A stretch of 62,587 nt of DNA from a virus (lineage: Duplodnaviria > Caudoviricetes): positions 1 to 62,587 of IMG/VR virus record IMGVR_UViG_3300025679_000008. One strand, given 5' to 3'. The notes beneath the pieces are model-generated. The model did no database searches. It had not been told where the DNA came from and saw only the letters and a list, made by a program, of their open reading frames with translations. The stretch's first letter is position 1, and each line of letters starts with the position of its first letter. Made by a program: the position numbers and the translations under genes. This document shows, piece after piece, positions 1-8,529 of the stretch.

Positions 1-300
1 TCGACGGTGCCGTACACGTCGACCGAGCCCACTTTGGCGGTGGCGTACACGTCGACCGAGCCCACTTTGGCGGTGGCGTACACGTCGACCGAGCCCTCGA
101 CGGTGCCGTACACGTAGACCGAGCCCTCGACGGTGCCGGACACGTAGACCGAGCCCTCGACGGTGCCGTACACGTCGACCGAGCCCTCGACGGTGCCGTA
201 CACGTCGACCGAGCCCTCGACGGTGCCGTACACGTCGACCGAGCCCTCGACGGTGCCGTACACGTAGACCGAGCCCTCGACGGTGCCGTACACGTCGACC
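1..300. repeat. Coding tandem repeat with 30-bp and 33-bp units
   Basis: Units CTCGACGGTGCCGTACACGT(C/A)GACCGAGCC and CACTTTGGCGGTGGCGTACACGTCGACCGAGCC abut with no spacers. Confidence 0.95.
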
Positions 301-431
301 CTCTTGAGCTTTGCTCCTTCGGGTATGACGACATTATTCCACTTGCCGCGGATGTCGATCTGTTCGGCCTTCGCGGCCAGAGCTGCATCGAGCTCCGCCT
401 GGTTCTTAACTTTGACGATGTCTGTATTCAT
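1..431 (-). CDS. N-terminal part of a repeat protein (10/11-aa VYGTVEGSVD / VYATAKVGSVD repeats); continues across the contig junction into 62587-62106
   Basis: ATG at 431 gives MNTDIVKVKNQAELDAALAAKAEQIDIRGKW...RVDVYGTVEGSVYVYGTVEGS, open to position 1. It is missing from the ORF track because there is no stop before the edge. Confidence 0.85.
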   Translation of the reverse strand, partial: MNTDIVKVKNQAELDAALAAKAEQIDIRGKWNNVVIPEGAKLKRVDVYGTVEGSVYVYGTVEGSVDVYGTVEGSVDVYGTVEGSVDVYGTVEGSVYVSGTVEGSVYVYGTVEGSVDVYATAKVGSVDVYATAKVGSVDVYGTV

Positions 432-442
432 GAAGATTTGTC

Positions 443-580
443 CTAGGGTTGGTTGCGGAGCCAGCGGATCACGGCGGCCCGCATGATGTCAAGCAATGAT
501 ATATTGACCGGCTTTGAAGGTGGCGGGAGTACCGCGGGGATCCTGGGCGACTCGATCGCCGCGAAGTCTGGGGACTTCAT
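443..580 (-). CDS. Small hypothetical early protein (MKSPDFAAIES...)
   Basis: ATGA overlap with the stop of the upstream gene at 577-580. Confidence 0.55.
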   Translation of the reverse strand: MKSPDFAAIESPRIPAVLPPPSKPVNISLLDIMRAAVIRWLRNQP

Positions 581-819
581 ACCAGGACGCCGGCGCGCCG
601 GCGGTTGAGCGCCACGGACAGCTCGAGGTACTCGAGCCGCGCCTGGCGGTAGTGGTCGAACCTCCACTGCTTCAGGGGCTCGCCCTGGATCCGCGGTATA
701 GCGGTGACGGTGTACGCATGGCCGGTGGCGGCCGTACCGTGGATGTGGAGATCGTAGCGCTCGACAAGATCCGGATCCTGCCAGGGCTCGAGGGTGTTGG
801 TGGTGATGTTTGATATCAT
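577..819 (-). CDS. Hypothetical early protein (MISNITTNT...)
   Basis: ATGA-coupled to both neighbours. Confidence 0.65.
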   Translation of the reverse strand: MISNITTNTLEPWQDPDLVERYDLHIHGTAATGHAYTVTAIPRIQGEPLKQWRFDHYRQARLEYLELSVALNRRRAGVLV

Positions 820-1271
820 AGCGTAATCCTTCCGTCGACTTTGTGTCCGTCCAGCCGCGCGCGGCGATTCCAATCTCCGACAGCCGCGCCGGCGGACAGT
901 CCGCGGCCCAGGACCGAGATAACCGATGCCGATATTTGCAGGCCCAGGGGTATCTTTGCTTTGGCGTAGAACTCGGTTTGTCCGGTCTCGACGCCGGCGT
1001 AGACCTGGGGGTGGCTCTCGACCTCGAGCAGTACCACCTGGGACGGCGGGTGCAGGTCGTAGAGCTTCGGACGGTGATTGCGCCAGCTCTCGAGGATCCT
1101 GTCGGCCTCGGCGCGCGTCTTGAACTTGCCGAAGTATTTTCGCTTTGTCCTGGTGAGACCTACGTTCTCGAGGATGGAGACGACGAACGGATAGTCTGTA
1201 GGGGTCGTGCCGTCGACCTTACAGGCTGCGGCGCGGTCGAGCGCGGCCGAGATGATGGTGTAGGAGCTCAC
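816..1271 (-). CDS. Hypothetical early protein
   Basis: GTG at 1271 overlaps the upstream stop; protein-like composition from VSSYTIISAAL onward. Confidence 0.65.
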   Translation of the reverse strand: MSSYTIISAALDRAAACKVDGTTPTDYPFVVSILENVGLTRTKRKYFGKFKTRAEADRILESWRNHRPKLYDLHPPSQVVLLEVESHPQVYAGVETGQTEFYAKAKIPLGLQISASVISVLGRGLSAGAAVGDWNRRARLDGHKVDGRITL

Positions 1272-1606
1272 TGCGGGCCTTTCACCTTCTTTAGCGCGGC
1301 GTGGACAAACGCGCTCTCGAGGGTAGTTAGGGTCCGTTGCTCGATGTCGGCCTGGGCGGCCATCTTCAGGGCCATCAGCATATCGGGACCCGCGGCCATC
1401 AGTCGGCCGTTCGCGAGTTGCTCCTGGAAGGATCTGGCTCCAAGGCTCATGTTGATCGCGCAAATGAGCGTTCCGTCCAGGTCCTTTAGGCTCTTGTGGT
1501 CTGATACGATGACGATCGGAAAGCGGCCATCCTCGGTGCAGCTCCAGTTGCCGGGCGTGTGAGGATCCGCCGGCGCCGACCGAGTGTCGGAAAGGGTGGG
1601 ACTCAT
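1268..1606 (-). CDS. Phage HTPGxW-type hypothetical protein
   Basis: HTPGNW...ANGRLMAAGPDMLMALK matches the common phage HTPGPW...ANARLIAAAPDLL pattern. Confidence 0.75.
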   Translation of the reverse strand: MSPTLSDTRSAPADPHTPGNWSCTEDGRFPIVIVSDHKSLKDLDGTLICAINMSLGARSFQEQLANGRLMAAGPDMLMALKMAAQADIEQRTLTTLESAFVHAALKKVKGPQ

Positions 1607-1749
1607 GTCGCCCTCCCTTCCATCCTCTGCATCCGGAGCCACTGCGCCACCAGGCGCCTCCAGGCTCGGTATGTCCGCCGGCGATCGCCGGGCTTGTCGT
1701 TGGTAGTGGCGCGTAGGAACGCGCGCTCTGTCAGTGCGGGGGTAGTCAT
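1603..1749 (-). CDS. 48-aa basic hypothetical protein (MTTPALTERAFLRA...)
   Basis: Fills the operon gap, ATGA overlap at 1603-1606; below the ORF-track cutoff. Confidence 0.55.
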   Translation of the reverse strand: MTTPALTERAFLRATTNDKPGDRRRTYRAWRRLVAQWLRMQRMEGRAT

Positions 1750-1750
1750 A

Positions 1751-2167
1751 TTATACGAATTTGGCGATCGCTGCGTTGGCTACGTCCAGCGTTCCCTGGA
1801 CCGAGGAGATCCCGTGCGAGCGCTGAACTCGCTCTATCGTTGCGATGGACACGCTGAGGGCATCCACAAGTTTCTTCACGTCCTCCGGCGCCGGCATGCC
1901 GTCTGTGTAGACGTGGGCATAGCTCCCGTCCGGAAGTTGTCCGGTGACATAATTCCTATTCCACGGATTTCCGTCGACCGGTGAGCCGTATAGGTTCAGG
2001 TCCTCGAGAGTGAATCCCTGGACAAGGCATCGGACCGCCTCGCGGTGCGCCTTGTCGTCGGACAGGTCCGGATAGCTGATCGTTATTGAGCCTCGAGCGC
2101 AGGTGGCCTTTATCCTGGTTCCGCGCGTGTTTGCGGTGGGTAGCACCTTTGTCTGTATCGCTTGCAT
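1751..2167 (-). CDS. Conserved phage early protein (MQAIQTK...TRGTRIKA type)
   Basis: The N-terminus MQAIQTKVLPTANTRGTRIKA is a pattern I recall from phage early regions. Confidence 0.75.
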   Translation of the reverse strand: MQAIQTKVLPTANTRGTRIKATCARGSITISYPDLSDDKAHREAVRCLVQGFTLEDLNLYGSPVDGNPWNRNYVTGQLPDGSYAHVYTDGMPAPEDVKKLVDALSVSIATIERVQRSHGISSVQGTLDVANAAIAKFV

Positions 2168-2171
2168 GTTT

Positions 2172-2498
2172 TTAGTAGTTTGCTGCGTTGCTGATCTTCT
2201 TGTCCGCTCGGGCGATCGCCCGGCGTTCCCTGGCGGCCGCCTTGGCCGCTTTCTTTGTCCTGGCGTGCTCGAGGAGCTCGCGATTAACCCGGCACCTGAT
2301 TGCGAACCGGTAAACGTCCTGGAGCGCCACCAGCTCCGGGCGCCGGGTCCCGTGGGGCCGCAGCTCGAGGAGATCGTGGACGTCTACCCCGTTGCCAGGG
2401 ATGAACGCGCACACCAGGGGGCGCTTGTGATCCGGGCCGAAGGAGTGACCGAGGGGTTTCCTGGTGACCCGGGCGACCTTCTTTTTGAGGATCGTCAT
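2172..2498 (-). CDS. Hypothetical basic protein
   Basis: Operon-coupled ORF. Confidence 0.7.
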   Translation of the reverse strand: MTILKKKVARVTRKPLGHSFGPDHKRPLVCAFIPGNGVDVHDLLELRPHGTRRPELVALQDVYRFAIRCRVNRELLEHARTKKAAKAAARERRAIARADKKISNAANY

Positions 2499-2725
2499 GA
2501 TGCGACCTTTCCGGTCCTGCGGATCTCTGCCGCGGCCGCGTCCGCCAGGTTAAATGCCGTCCAGTGGATCTGGAGCGGAAGCGCCGCGCGCCTGAGCCTC
2601 ACCAGGGGAGACCATCCGGGCACCTTGACCAGGACGTCACGCTTGCCGGCGAGGGCGTACTCGGCGCCACCGAGGACAGCGACGATGTTTGGGAAATCTA
2701 TGCGGGTTGCGTTCTTCACCTGCAC
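2495..2725 (-). CDS. Hypothetical protein
   Basis: Operon-coupled ORF. Confidence 0.6.
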   Translation of the reverse strand: MQVKNATRIDFPNIVAVLGGAEYALAGKRDVLVKVPGWSPLVRLRRAALPLQIHWTAFNLADAAAAEIRRTGKVAS

Positions 2726-2982
2726 CCCCGTTTGATGAAGGCCTCAAGGTTGCCCTCGTTCGTGAAGAGGAACGCCCGGGCGCCGCGGGTGACCGCGAAC
2801 TCGTTCATTCCGCCGATGTCGATCTGGAGGAGGGTGGAGCTGGGACCGCCCCCGACGGCGCGCTTCCAGATCGTTAGGCTTGGTACCTGGACGAATGGAT
2901 CACTGCGGCCCTCGAGATCAGACCGGATCTCGTCGCTAGGCGGCCGGTCAAAGACCAGGGCGAGGATTAACTTTTGCTTCAT
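2716..2982 (-). CDS. Hypothetical protein
   Basis: Operon-coupled ORF. Confidence 0.65.
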   Translation of the reverse strand: MKQKLILALVFDRPPSDEIRSDLEGRSDPFVQVPSLTIWKRAVGGGPSSTLLQIDIGGMNEFAVTRGARAFLFTNEGNLEAFIKRGCR

Positions 2983-3001
2983 GGGTTCTTTCGTGGAGCG
3001 G

Positions 3002-3292
3002 TTACCAAAGGTTCCGCTGCTGGTTTCTGTACAACTGCTGCCGGATGTCGTCGGCTCGATTGGACGCCGCTTGCGCGGTCGTGAAAGTCTCGGCGAAGAG
3101 CACCTCTCCGCCTTTGTCCTGAACGCTCACCTGGTAAACCTCGCGGTTGTTGCCAAGCCTCCCGCGGTCCTCCTCGCCAACGTGGTCACGGATCGTGACC
3201 TGGTCGACGAACACGTAAGCCGCTTTCTCCGGGTCCAGGTGCGGCGGGTATGTCGGCGCTGCGCTGGCAAACATGTCGAGCTGGGCGGTCAT
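3002..3292 (-). CDS. Hypothetical protein (MTAQLDMF...)
   Basis: ATGA overlap at 3289-3292; N-terminal QLDMF resembles a beta-clamp-binding motif. Confidence 0.65.
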   Translation of the reverse strand: MTAQLDMFASAAPTYPPHLDPEKAAYVFVDQVTIRDHVGEEDRGRLGNNREVYQVSVQDKGGEVLFAETFTTAQAASNRADDIRQQLYRNQQRNLW

Positions 3293-3543
3293 GAGTACTC
3301 CTCCACGGCCGCGGCAATCTTGCCGTTCGGGACAAACTCCTCGCCGCGGTAGGCGCCGTCCTCGTAAGACCAGACCGCGGCCAAACAACGGTCCTCGCGG
3401 CCCTCGAGCTCGTATACCGGCCCGCTCATGGTGCAAATGCCCTCGATGGGGTCATTGACCACGAAACGAAACGTGTTCGGCCGGCCGCTGGCGATCACTA
3501 CCCGTTTGGCGCATTGCAGCGCGTGGGAATATCGGGCGCTCAT
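3289..3543 (-). CDS. Hypothetical protein
   Basis: ATGA-coupled to radC. Confidence 0.65.
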   Translation of the reverse strand: MSARYSHALQCAKRVVIASGRPNTFRFVVNDPIEGICTMSGPVYELEGREDRCLAAVWSYEDGAYRGEEFVPNGKIAAAVEEYS

Positions 3544-4082
3544 AGGAGACCCGCCTCCCTGAAGGAATAGTAGCCGCGGCCAAGGGGATCCGCCGTCTGC
3601 CGGCCAACGATTACGTGGTCGAGAATCGGAATCTCGAGCGTTACGCCCGCTTCCCGCATCTGCCGGGTCAGCTGGACATCCGCGGCGCTCGGGCTCGGAT
3701 CGCCGGACGGGTGATTGTGGGCGAGGATCACCGCTGACCCGGCCGCGATGATCGCCGCGCGGTATACTTCCCGGGGATGGGCGAGTGAAGCGGTGGCCGT
3801 TCCCAGGCTCACCATGTTGAAAGCTATCAGCCGATTTCGGCGGTTCAGGATGAACACCACGACCGCCTCCTTGTCCGGGTCAAACCAGCTCGAGGTCTCG
3901 ACGTTCTCACGCCAGAAAGCCGCGATCTTATCGGCCCGGTTTAGAACGTCGTCTGGGGAGTCCTCGCGGACCACCAGAGCCCGCACGATCTTAATCTCAT
4001 AGGCGCCGGCCTGGGCTTTGCGCTGCTCGAGCTCGGCCTCCTCGCGGCTCGCGATGCCCGGCATGATGTCCTGGGCGATCAT
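3540..4082 (-). CDS. radC: RadC-like JAB/MPN domain protein
   Basis: KEAVVVFILN...HPREVYRAAI...AHNHPSGDPSPSAAD...ILDHVIVG; intact JAMM motif. Confidence 0.93.
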   Translation of the reverse strand: MIAQDIMPGIASREEAELEQRKAQAGAYEIKIVRALVVREDSPDDVLNRADKIAAFWRENVETSSWFDPDKEAVVVFILNRRNRLIAFNMVSLGTATASLAHPREVYRAAIIAAGSAVILAHNHPSGDPSPSAADVQLTRQMREAGVTLEIPILDHVIVGRQTADPLGRGYYSFREAGLL

Positions 4083-4237
4083 GCCGCCCTCCTGGTCATC
4101 TGCTCCACGCGCTGACGGATCATGCTCGCCGCATCAAGGAGCCGCACCTGCCGCTCCGTACCACGGGCGCTCTGCGCTGCCCGTACCAGAAGCGCCCGGT
4201 TCACCAGGAGCCTCTCAACTGTCGTCATTATCTTCAT
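4079..4237 (-). CDS. 52-aa first gene of the early operon (MKIMTTVERLLVN...)
   Basis: ATGA-coupled to radC; lies downstream of the promoter-like TTGACC at 4310-4305. Confidence 0.55.
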   Translation of the reverse strand: MKIMTTVERLLVNRALLVRAAQSARGTERQVRLLDAASMIRQRVEQMTRRAA

Positions 4238-4259
4238 CTCTAGTCCTTTGTTTTATCGG

Positions 4260-4430
4260 GTGGAACTCACCCGACACCGGCAAGTTGAGGGATCACTGCT
4301 CACGGGTCAAGCATGTAGAGCATAATAATATCAACTCTTCTGCACGCCGGATAGGCATCAACACTTTACGGCATGTTTATTTTTCGCCTTCATCTCTCAA
4401 TGTTACGGTAAAATGAATCAATAGTTGCGG
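4260..4430. promoter_or_regulatory. AT-rich divergent control region with leftward early promoter and IHF-like site
   Basis: Minus-strand TTGACC at 4310-4305; CATCAACACTTTA near 4356 fits ATCAAnnnnTTR; GC content drops sharply. Confidence 0.55.
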
Positions 4431-4533
4431 ATCATTGCTCCACAGGCCTCAATCCAATAAAGGAAGAGGAGAGACCAGCAGTACGCACCGCGGAGGGGTT
4501 GACGCCGCCCGGGGAAAGGGCAAATTTCGCGCG

Positions 4534-5016
4534 GTGCGCACGATTCACCTAGCCGAAACACCGATGCCTTCGGTCCTGCTCGAGAACCTGGACTCGAAGA
4601 GCGGTCGCAAGCGCGCGGAGGAGGGGCTCGAGCGCTTTCGTGATCTCTGCGCCGGCACCGATGACCTGGAAGTCATCCATCGCGAGCTCTTCGCCGCGCT
4701 GACCGGCGCCGTTACATCAACCCGGGTTCCGGACAAGGAGGCGCGCAACGGTTGGAGCTACGCTCTGCTGCCCGATGCCACTACCAGGATCACGGCCGCG
4801 CGGCTCTTGCTGTCGTACCTGGCGGGCCTGCCGCCGTCCCAGGCAGACATCCGGGTGCTTCCGTTGAGCGGAGGCGGGCAGCGGGACCGCGCTGCCATCG
4901 ACCAGCTCCGGGAGCTCGAGGCGATGGGGATCACGGCCGGCGAGATCCTCGAGGATCTCACGCGCCAGCGGCCGGCAATGCGTCTTGCGACTCGAGTTGA
5001 GACTGACGCGCCGTAG
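4534..5016 (+). CDS. Putative terminase small subunit-like protein
   Basis: Helical protein with PDATTRITAARLLLSYLAGLP motif; in-frame GTG 35 nt after TTGACG; followed by a structured non-coding region. Confidence 0.45.
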   Translation: MRTIHLAETPMPSVLLENLDSKSGRKRAEEGLERFRDLCAGTDDLEVIHRELFAALTGAVTSTRVPDKEARNGWSYALLPDATTRITAARLLLSYLAGLPPSQADIRVLPLSGGGQRDRAAIDQLRELEAMGITAGEILEDLTRQRPAMRLATRVETDAP

Positions 5017-5670
5017 CTGCGCAAGTTGTTGATCCATCGCATTGAGACTGAACGCAGTGAGACTGCGTTGCGCAAGTCGTTGCGCTACAAGATACATTAC
5101 ATAATGGTTATTGTCGTGCGCGCGCGGCTCGAGGTAGTACCGCAGCGGCCATTCCTTTTGTCCAGGTGGGGTTGAGGGGGTGCAGGGTGCCGGGTGAGGG
5201 TAGATCGCCTCACCTGGACAGGCTGCGCGGCCGGCGCGGCGTGGTGGAGCGGCCGGCGCCATGCTCACCAGGACCTACCCCTGGGGTCGACCCCACCCTC
5301 CAAGAACACCCCCATTCCTATTCCCGCGAGCGCCCAGCACCCGCCCCCTCCTTTCTCCTTCCTGACCTATTCGGAGTGTTGTGACTACCCTCCCCTGGTG
5401 ATGGCTGGACCCGCCAGAAACAGAGGCTTGTCAGGGACTCCGGCTGGTGGTGTGGGAAAGTGGTCCGGTATTCGAGGGTACAGAACCAGACCGCGTCCGA
5501 AAATAAGCGTGGTACTGAAAAGGGGGAATAATTCCATTATCCCCCTTTTCAGACCACCTTACGGACCGGTGGTCTGTATTCGTATTCCGGACCGATTACG
5601 GACCAATACGGACCGGTCATGAAAAGCGGATAGGAATTGACGTGGGATCGGGCCGGTGATTCGGTAGATC
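5017..5670. other. Structured non-coding region (candidate pac/terminus and/or replication origin)
   Basis: No convincing ORF; GAGACTG repeats, G-tracts 5168-5200, palindrome 5283-5294, inverted repeat 5509-5557, four CGGACC iterations 5561-5617. Confidence 0.55.
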
Positions 5671-6180
5671 ATGGATCCCGAAAAACTGGCGATCAGCGAA
5701 ACCACGGATGGCAAGCCCGCGAGGCCCGGGTTTGAAGACAAGGCGGCCCCGGCGCCGATCGACTCCCGGACCGGCATGCACGAGGCCTACTGGGTCCTGA
5801 GTGAGGTGGAGCGAGCGAAGGGTTTCGTCCGCCCGGTCCGCCGGAGCTACCGCCATGTCGGGGTTGCGAAGCCAAAGAATCCGGTGCGGGACCTGACGTC
5901 GACGGAGCTCGAGCGCCACGGGAATTATGGGTACGTGAAGTACGAGGAATACCCGCAGGAGGGTGACTCGCTGGTGTGCGGCCGCTTCTGGACCCAGAAG
6001 GACCTGGACGGCCGCGGCTGCGGGACCACGACGACGATGGGCCTGGCCCTGGCTGAGACCTACGCCAGGGACCCGAGCTACTACGGGTCGACCTTTTGCT
6101 GCGGCTGCGGCACGCACCTGCCCGTCGGCGTCGGCGGGGAGTTTGTCTGGGAGGGAACCCAGGAGCGCGTCGGCTCGTGA
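5671..6180 (+). CDS. Conserved phage Zn-binding protein of unknown function
   Basis: YWVLSEVERAKGFVRPVRRSYRH...CGTTTTMGLALAETYARDPSYYGSTFCCGCGTH. Confidence 0.8.
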   Translation: MDPEKLAISETTDGKPARPGFEDKAAPAPIDSRTGMHEAYWVLSEVERAKGFVRPVRRSYRHVGVAKPKNPVRDLTSTELERHGNYGYVKYEEYPQEGDSLVCGRFWTQKDLDGRGCGTTTTMGLALAETYARDPSYYGSTFCCGCGTHLPVGVGGEFVWEGTQERVGS

Positions 6181-6521
6181 AGGGCTACGCGGATCTGGCG
6201 GAGCTGCCGGAGGACACCCGGATCCGCATCATAGGAGAGACGATGGCGACGAACCGCCACCAGACGGACTTCACGGTCGGCGTTGCGATCGACGACGAGA
6301 AGGAGAAGTACGATCGCTACATCAAAAAGATCCTCACGCGCTTCCCGGACGTCGTCGTCATCTCAAAGAAACCCCTATTCAAGGGAATCGTCCTAGTGAA
6401 GCTGGGCCACAAGCCGGTACCAGGAGATCCAGCGTGCCGTGGCGATACGTCCACCCCTGCTCCAGAGGGGACCGGACTAAATGGATCCGCCGGGCCGCAA
6501 ACTAGTCCACCTACGCCTTAG
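6177..6521 (+). CDS. Hypothetical protein
   Basis: GTGA overlap with the upstream stop. Confidence 0.65.
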   Translation: MKGYADLAELPEDTRIRIIGETMATNRHQTDFTVGVAIDDEKEKYDRYIKKILTRFPDVVVISKKPLFKGIVLVKLGHKPVPGDPACRGDTSTPAPEGTGLNGSAGPQTSPPTP

Positions 6522-8115
6522 CCAGGTGGTACTTCGGCGCGGACCCCTGCGGGGCGATCTTGATGACCTGGCCGGCCTGGACCGCGGAGTCGAGCATGAG
6601 GAAGAAAGCCCCCTTGCCGATGTCCCCGATCTCCTGGCACCGGCGAAACAGGGCGTTCGTGCGCTCCGCCTTGTCTGGGGCGAGTTGGAACGCGGTGCGG
6701 AAGGTGGCGAAGTCGTGGAGCCGCGGCCGACCGGGCCCGTCCTTCTTCTTCGTCTCCTCCGGATCCGGGGTGCGCGTGAGCCAGAAGGTGATCTTGAGCC
6801 GCTTCTTGCGGCCGGCTACCTCGAGCAGCTCGTCGCTCCAGCGCAGCGCGATCGTTGTGACGACCTCCTCCCTGAACCCGGCGCCCTGAGGGACCTGCTT
6901 CGTGACGTCGGCCTCGGTCCCGCGCTTCGACAGGACCAGGTTGAATTGCCCGCGGTCGGCCGTGGCCTTCAGGTTCATGATCGCCCGGGCCCAGTTGATG
7001 AGCTCGGCGCCGCCGGCGATCTGGTACATCTCCTCGCTCCAGGAGATCCCGACCTTGTTCGGGCCGGTCGGTGGCTTCGGGGTGTGGTGGACCAGGATGT
7101 AGGCGAAGCCCGAGTCCTCGTTCACGCCGTCGAGATCACGCCGCAGGAAGTTGCCCAGGTCCCGGCTATCCTTGATGTCGCCGTCCATGAAGGCCTGTAG
7201 GGGATTCACCCAGACCAGATCCGGCTTGTGCTTCGCCACCAGGCGCCGCAGCTCGTCGAGGAACGTCTGCCCGCGCATGCCCTTCTTGCTGACGATGAGG
7301 ACGCGCTCCTCGACCTGCTTTATCTCCTCAGGCGTCAGCTTCATCGAGTGGTAGATCGAGCGCCGGACCTTGCCGATATCCCCGCGGCTGTCCTCGGCCT
7401 GGAGCATGAGCGACGTCAGCGGCCCGTTCGGTTTTAGCCCATAGAAGTCCCTGCCCAGGGCGTAGCACACGGCTTTCTGGATCGCCATCGAGCTCTTGCC
7501 CATGCCGGAGGTTGACGAGAAGATCATGCCGTCGCCGCGGCAAAGGTACGAGTCGCCCAGGAGAATCGAGCGGTCCCCGTCCGGGACGATGTCGTAGGCG
7601 CCCAGACTCTCGGCCTGCGCCTGGCGGTGGGCCCCTTTTCCTATTCGCTCAAGCTGGCGCATCCACTCGAGGGGATCGTCGCCCTTGGAGTTCGCCATCA
7701 TCGCGCCGATCCTATGGATCTCTCGGCAGCGGTGCTGGGCCTCGACCTCCTCGAGGAATTGCGGGAAGCCGAGCCGCAGGCCTGCCATGTGGGAGATCTC
7801 GAAGATCCGGTCGACGGCCACTCCGGAGGCCTTCGCCAGCTGGAACACATCGTCCGGCATCTGCAGGCCCCCGAGTAAACACCCCCAGAGGGCGGCGCAT
7901 TCCTTGCTGGTGAAGGCGCTGGTCGGTAGGTGCCGGGCCTGGGGAAAGAGCAGGTACTCGCCGTCGCCCAGGATGCACGCGAGGAGGAGCAGCTCGGGAT
8001 CCGCGGAGCTTACAACCGCCGGCTTGACCTCGTGGATCTGCGGCGCGGCAGGCCTAGGCCGCGGAGTGGGTTTGGGCTCTGGCGCGGGTGCCGCGCCTAC
8101 ATTGAGCCGTCTCAT
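6511..8115 (-). CDS. Replicative helicase-like protein (DnaB-N-like domain + AAA_25/RepA ATPase)
   Basis: Walker A STSGMGKS, LQAEDS, DLVWVNPL, ILVHHTPK, GGAELINWAR; N-terminal ELLLLACIL segment; ATG at 8115. Confidence 0.85.
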   Translation of the reverse strand: MRRLNVGAAPAPEPKPTPRPRPAAPQIHEVKPAVVSSADPELLLLACILGDGEYLLFPQARHLPTSAFTSKECAALWGCLLGGLQMPDDVFQLAKASGVAVDRIFEISHMAGLRLGFPQFLEEVEAQHRCREIHRIGAMMANSKGDDPLEWMRQLERIGKGAHRQAQAESLGAYDIVPDGDRSILLGDSYLCRGDGMIFSSTSGMGKSSMAIQKAVCYALGRDFYGLKPNGPLTSLMLQAEDSRGDIGKVRRSIYHSMKLTPEEIKQVEERVLIVSKKGMRGQTFLDELRRLVAKHKPDLVWVNPLQAFMDGDIKDSRDLGNFLRRDLDGVNEDSGFAYILVHHTPKPPTGPNKVGISWSEEMYQIAGGAELINWARAIMNLKATADRGQFNLVLSKRGTEADVTKQVPQGAGFREEVVTTIALRWSDELLEVAGRKKRLKITFWLTRTPDPEETKKKDGPGRPRLHDFATFRTAFQLAPDKAERTNALFRRCQEIGDIGKGAFFLMLDSAVQAGQVIKIAPQGSAPKYHLAKA

Positions 8116-8126
8116 GCTGTAAAGGA

Positions 8127-8318
8127 TTCCCGTCCCCGCGCAGGCCCCCAAGAGTTTTGCAGCTCTGGCGCGGCTACCCCTAGACGCGCTGATTGCCCCG
8201 CGGAGACGGGAAAGTGTTGGGAAATGGGATTCAAGACGGGAGTGCCTGGAGGAGAGAGCTGCAAGAAATCTCCGCCGGCCGAGTGCGCAGCAAATGGGGT
8301 GTATACCCCACTTGTCAA
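8127..8318 (-). promoter_or_regulatory. Promoter and structured 5' leader of the helicase gene
   Basis: TTGACA at 8318-8313; palindrome 8295-8310; two interleaved inverted repeats, one covering the presumed RBS region. Confidence 0.6.
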
Positions 8319-8322
8319 TATA

Positions 8323-8529
8323 TCAAAGGCCTGGGCGCTTCAGCACGGCTGTATGTTTGTTGTGGAGATCCACCAGGGCCCGCACGTCCTCCTGGTGCTC
8401 GCGATCGGCCCGGCCGCGGGCGATCGCCAGTCGGCGCGCAAGCCCGTCCTGCCGGCGATGCAAGATCCGCTCGAGCGCGACCGGTGTGAACGGCGACAGC
8501 TTCAGGCCCTTGCTCGAGATCCCGCTCAC
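8323..8529 (-). CDS. Small hypothetical protein
   Basis: GTGA overlap with the GT9 stop. Confidence 0.5.
   Translation of the reverse strand: MSGISSKGLKLSPFTPVALERILHRRQDGLARRLAIARGRADREHQEDVRALVDLHNKHTAVLKRPGL

Noticed and set aside
1-300. CRISPR-like array
   Set aside because: Units abut with no unique spacers, lengths are multiples of 3, and they translate in frame; no cas operon
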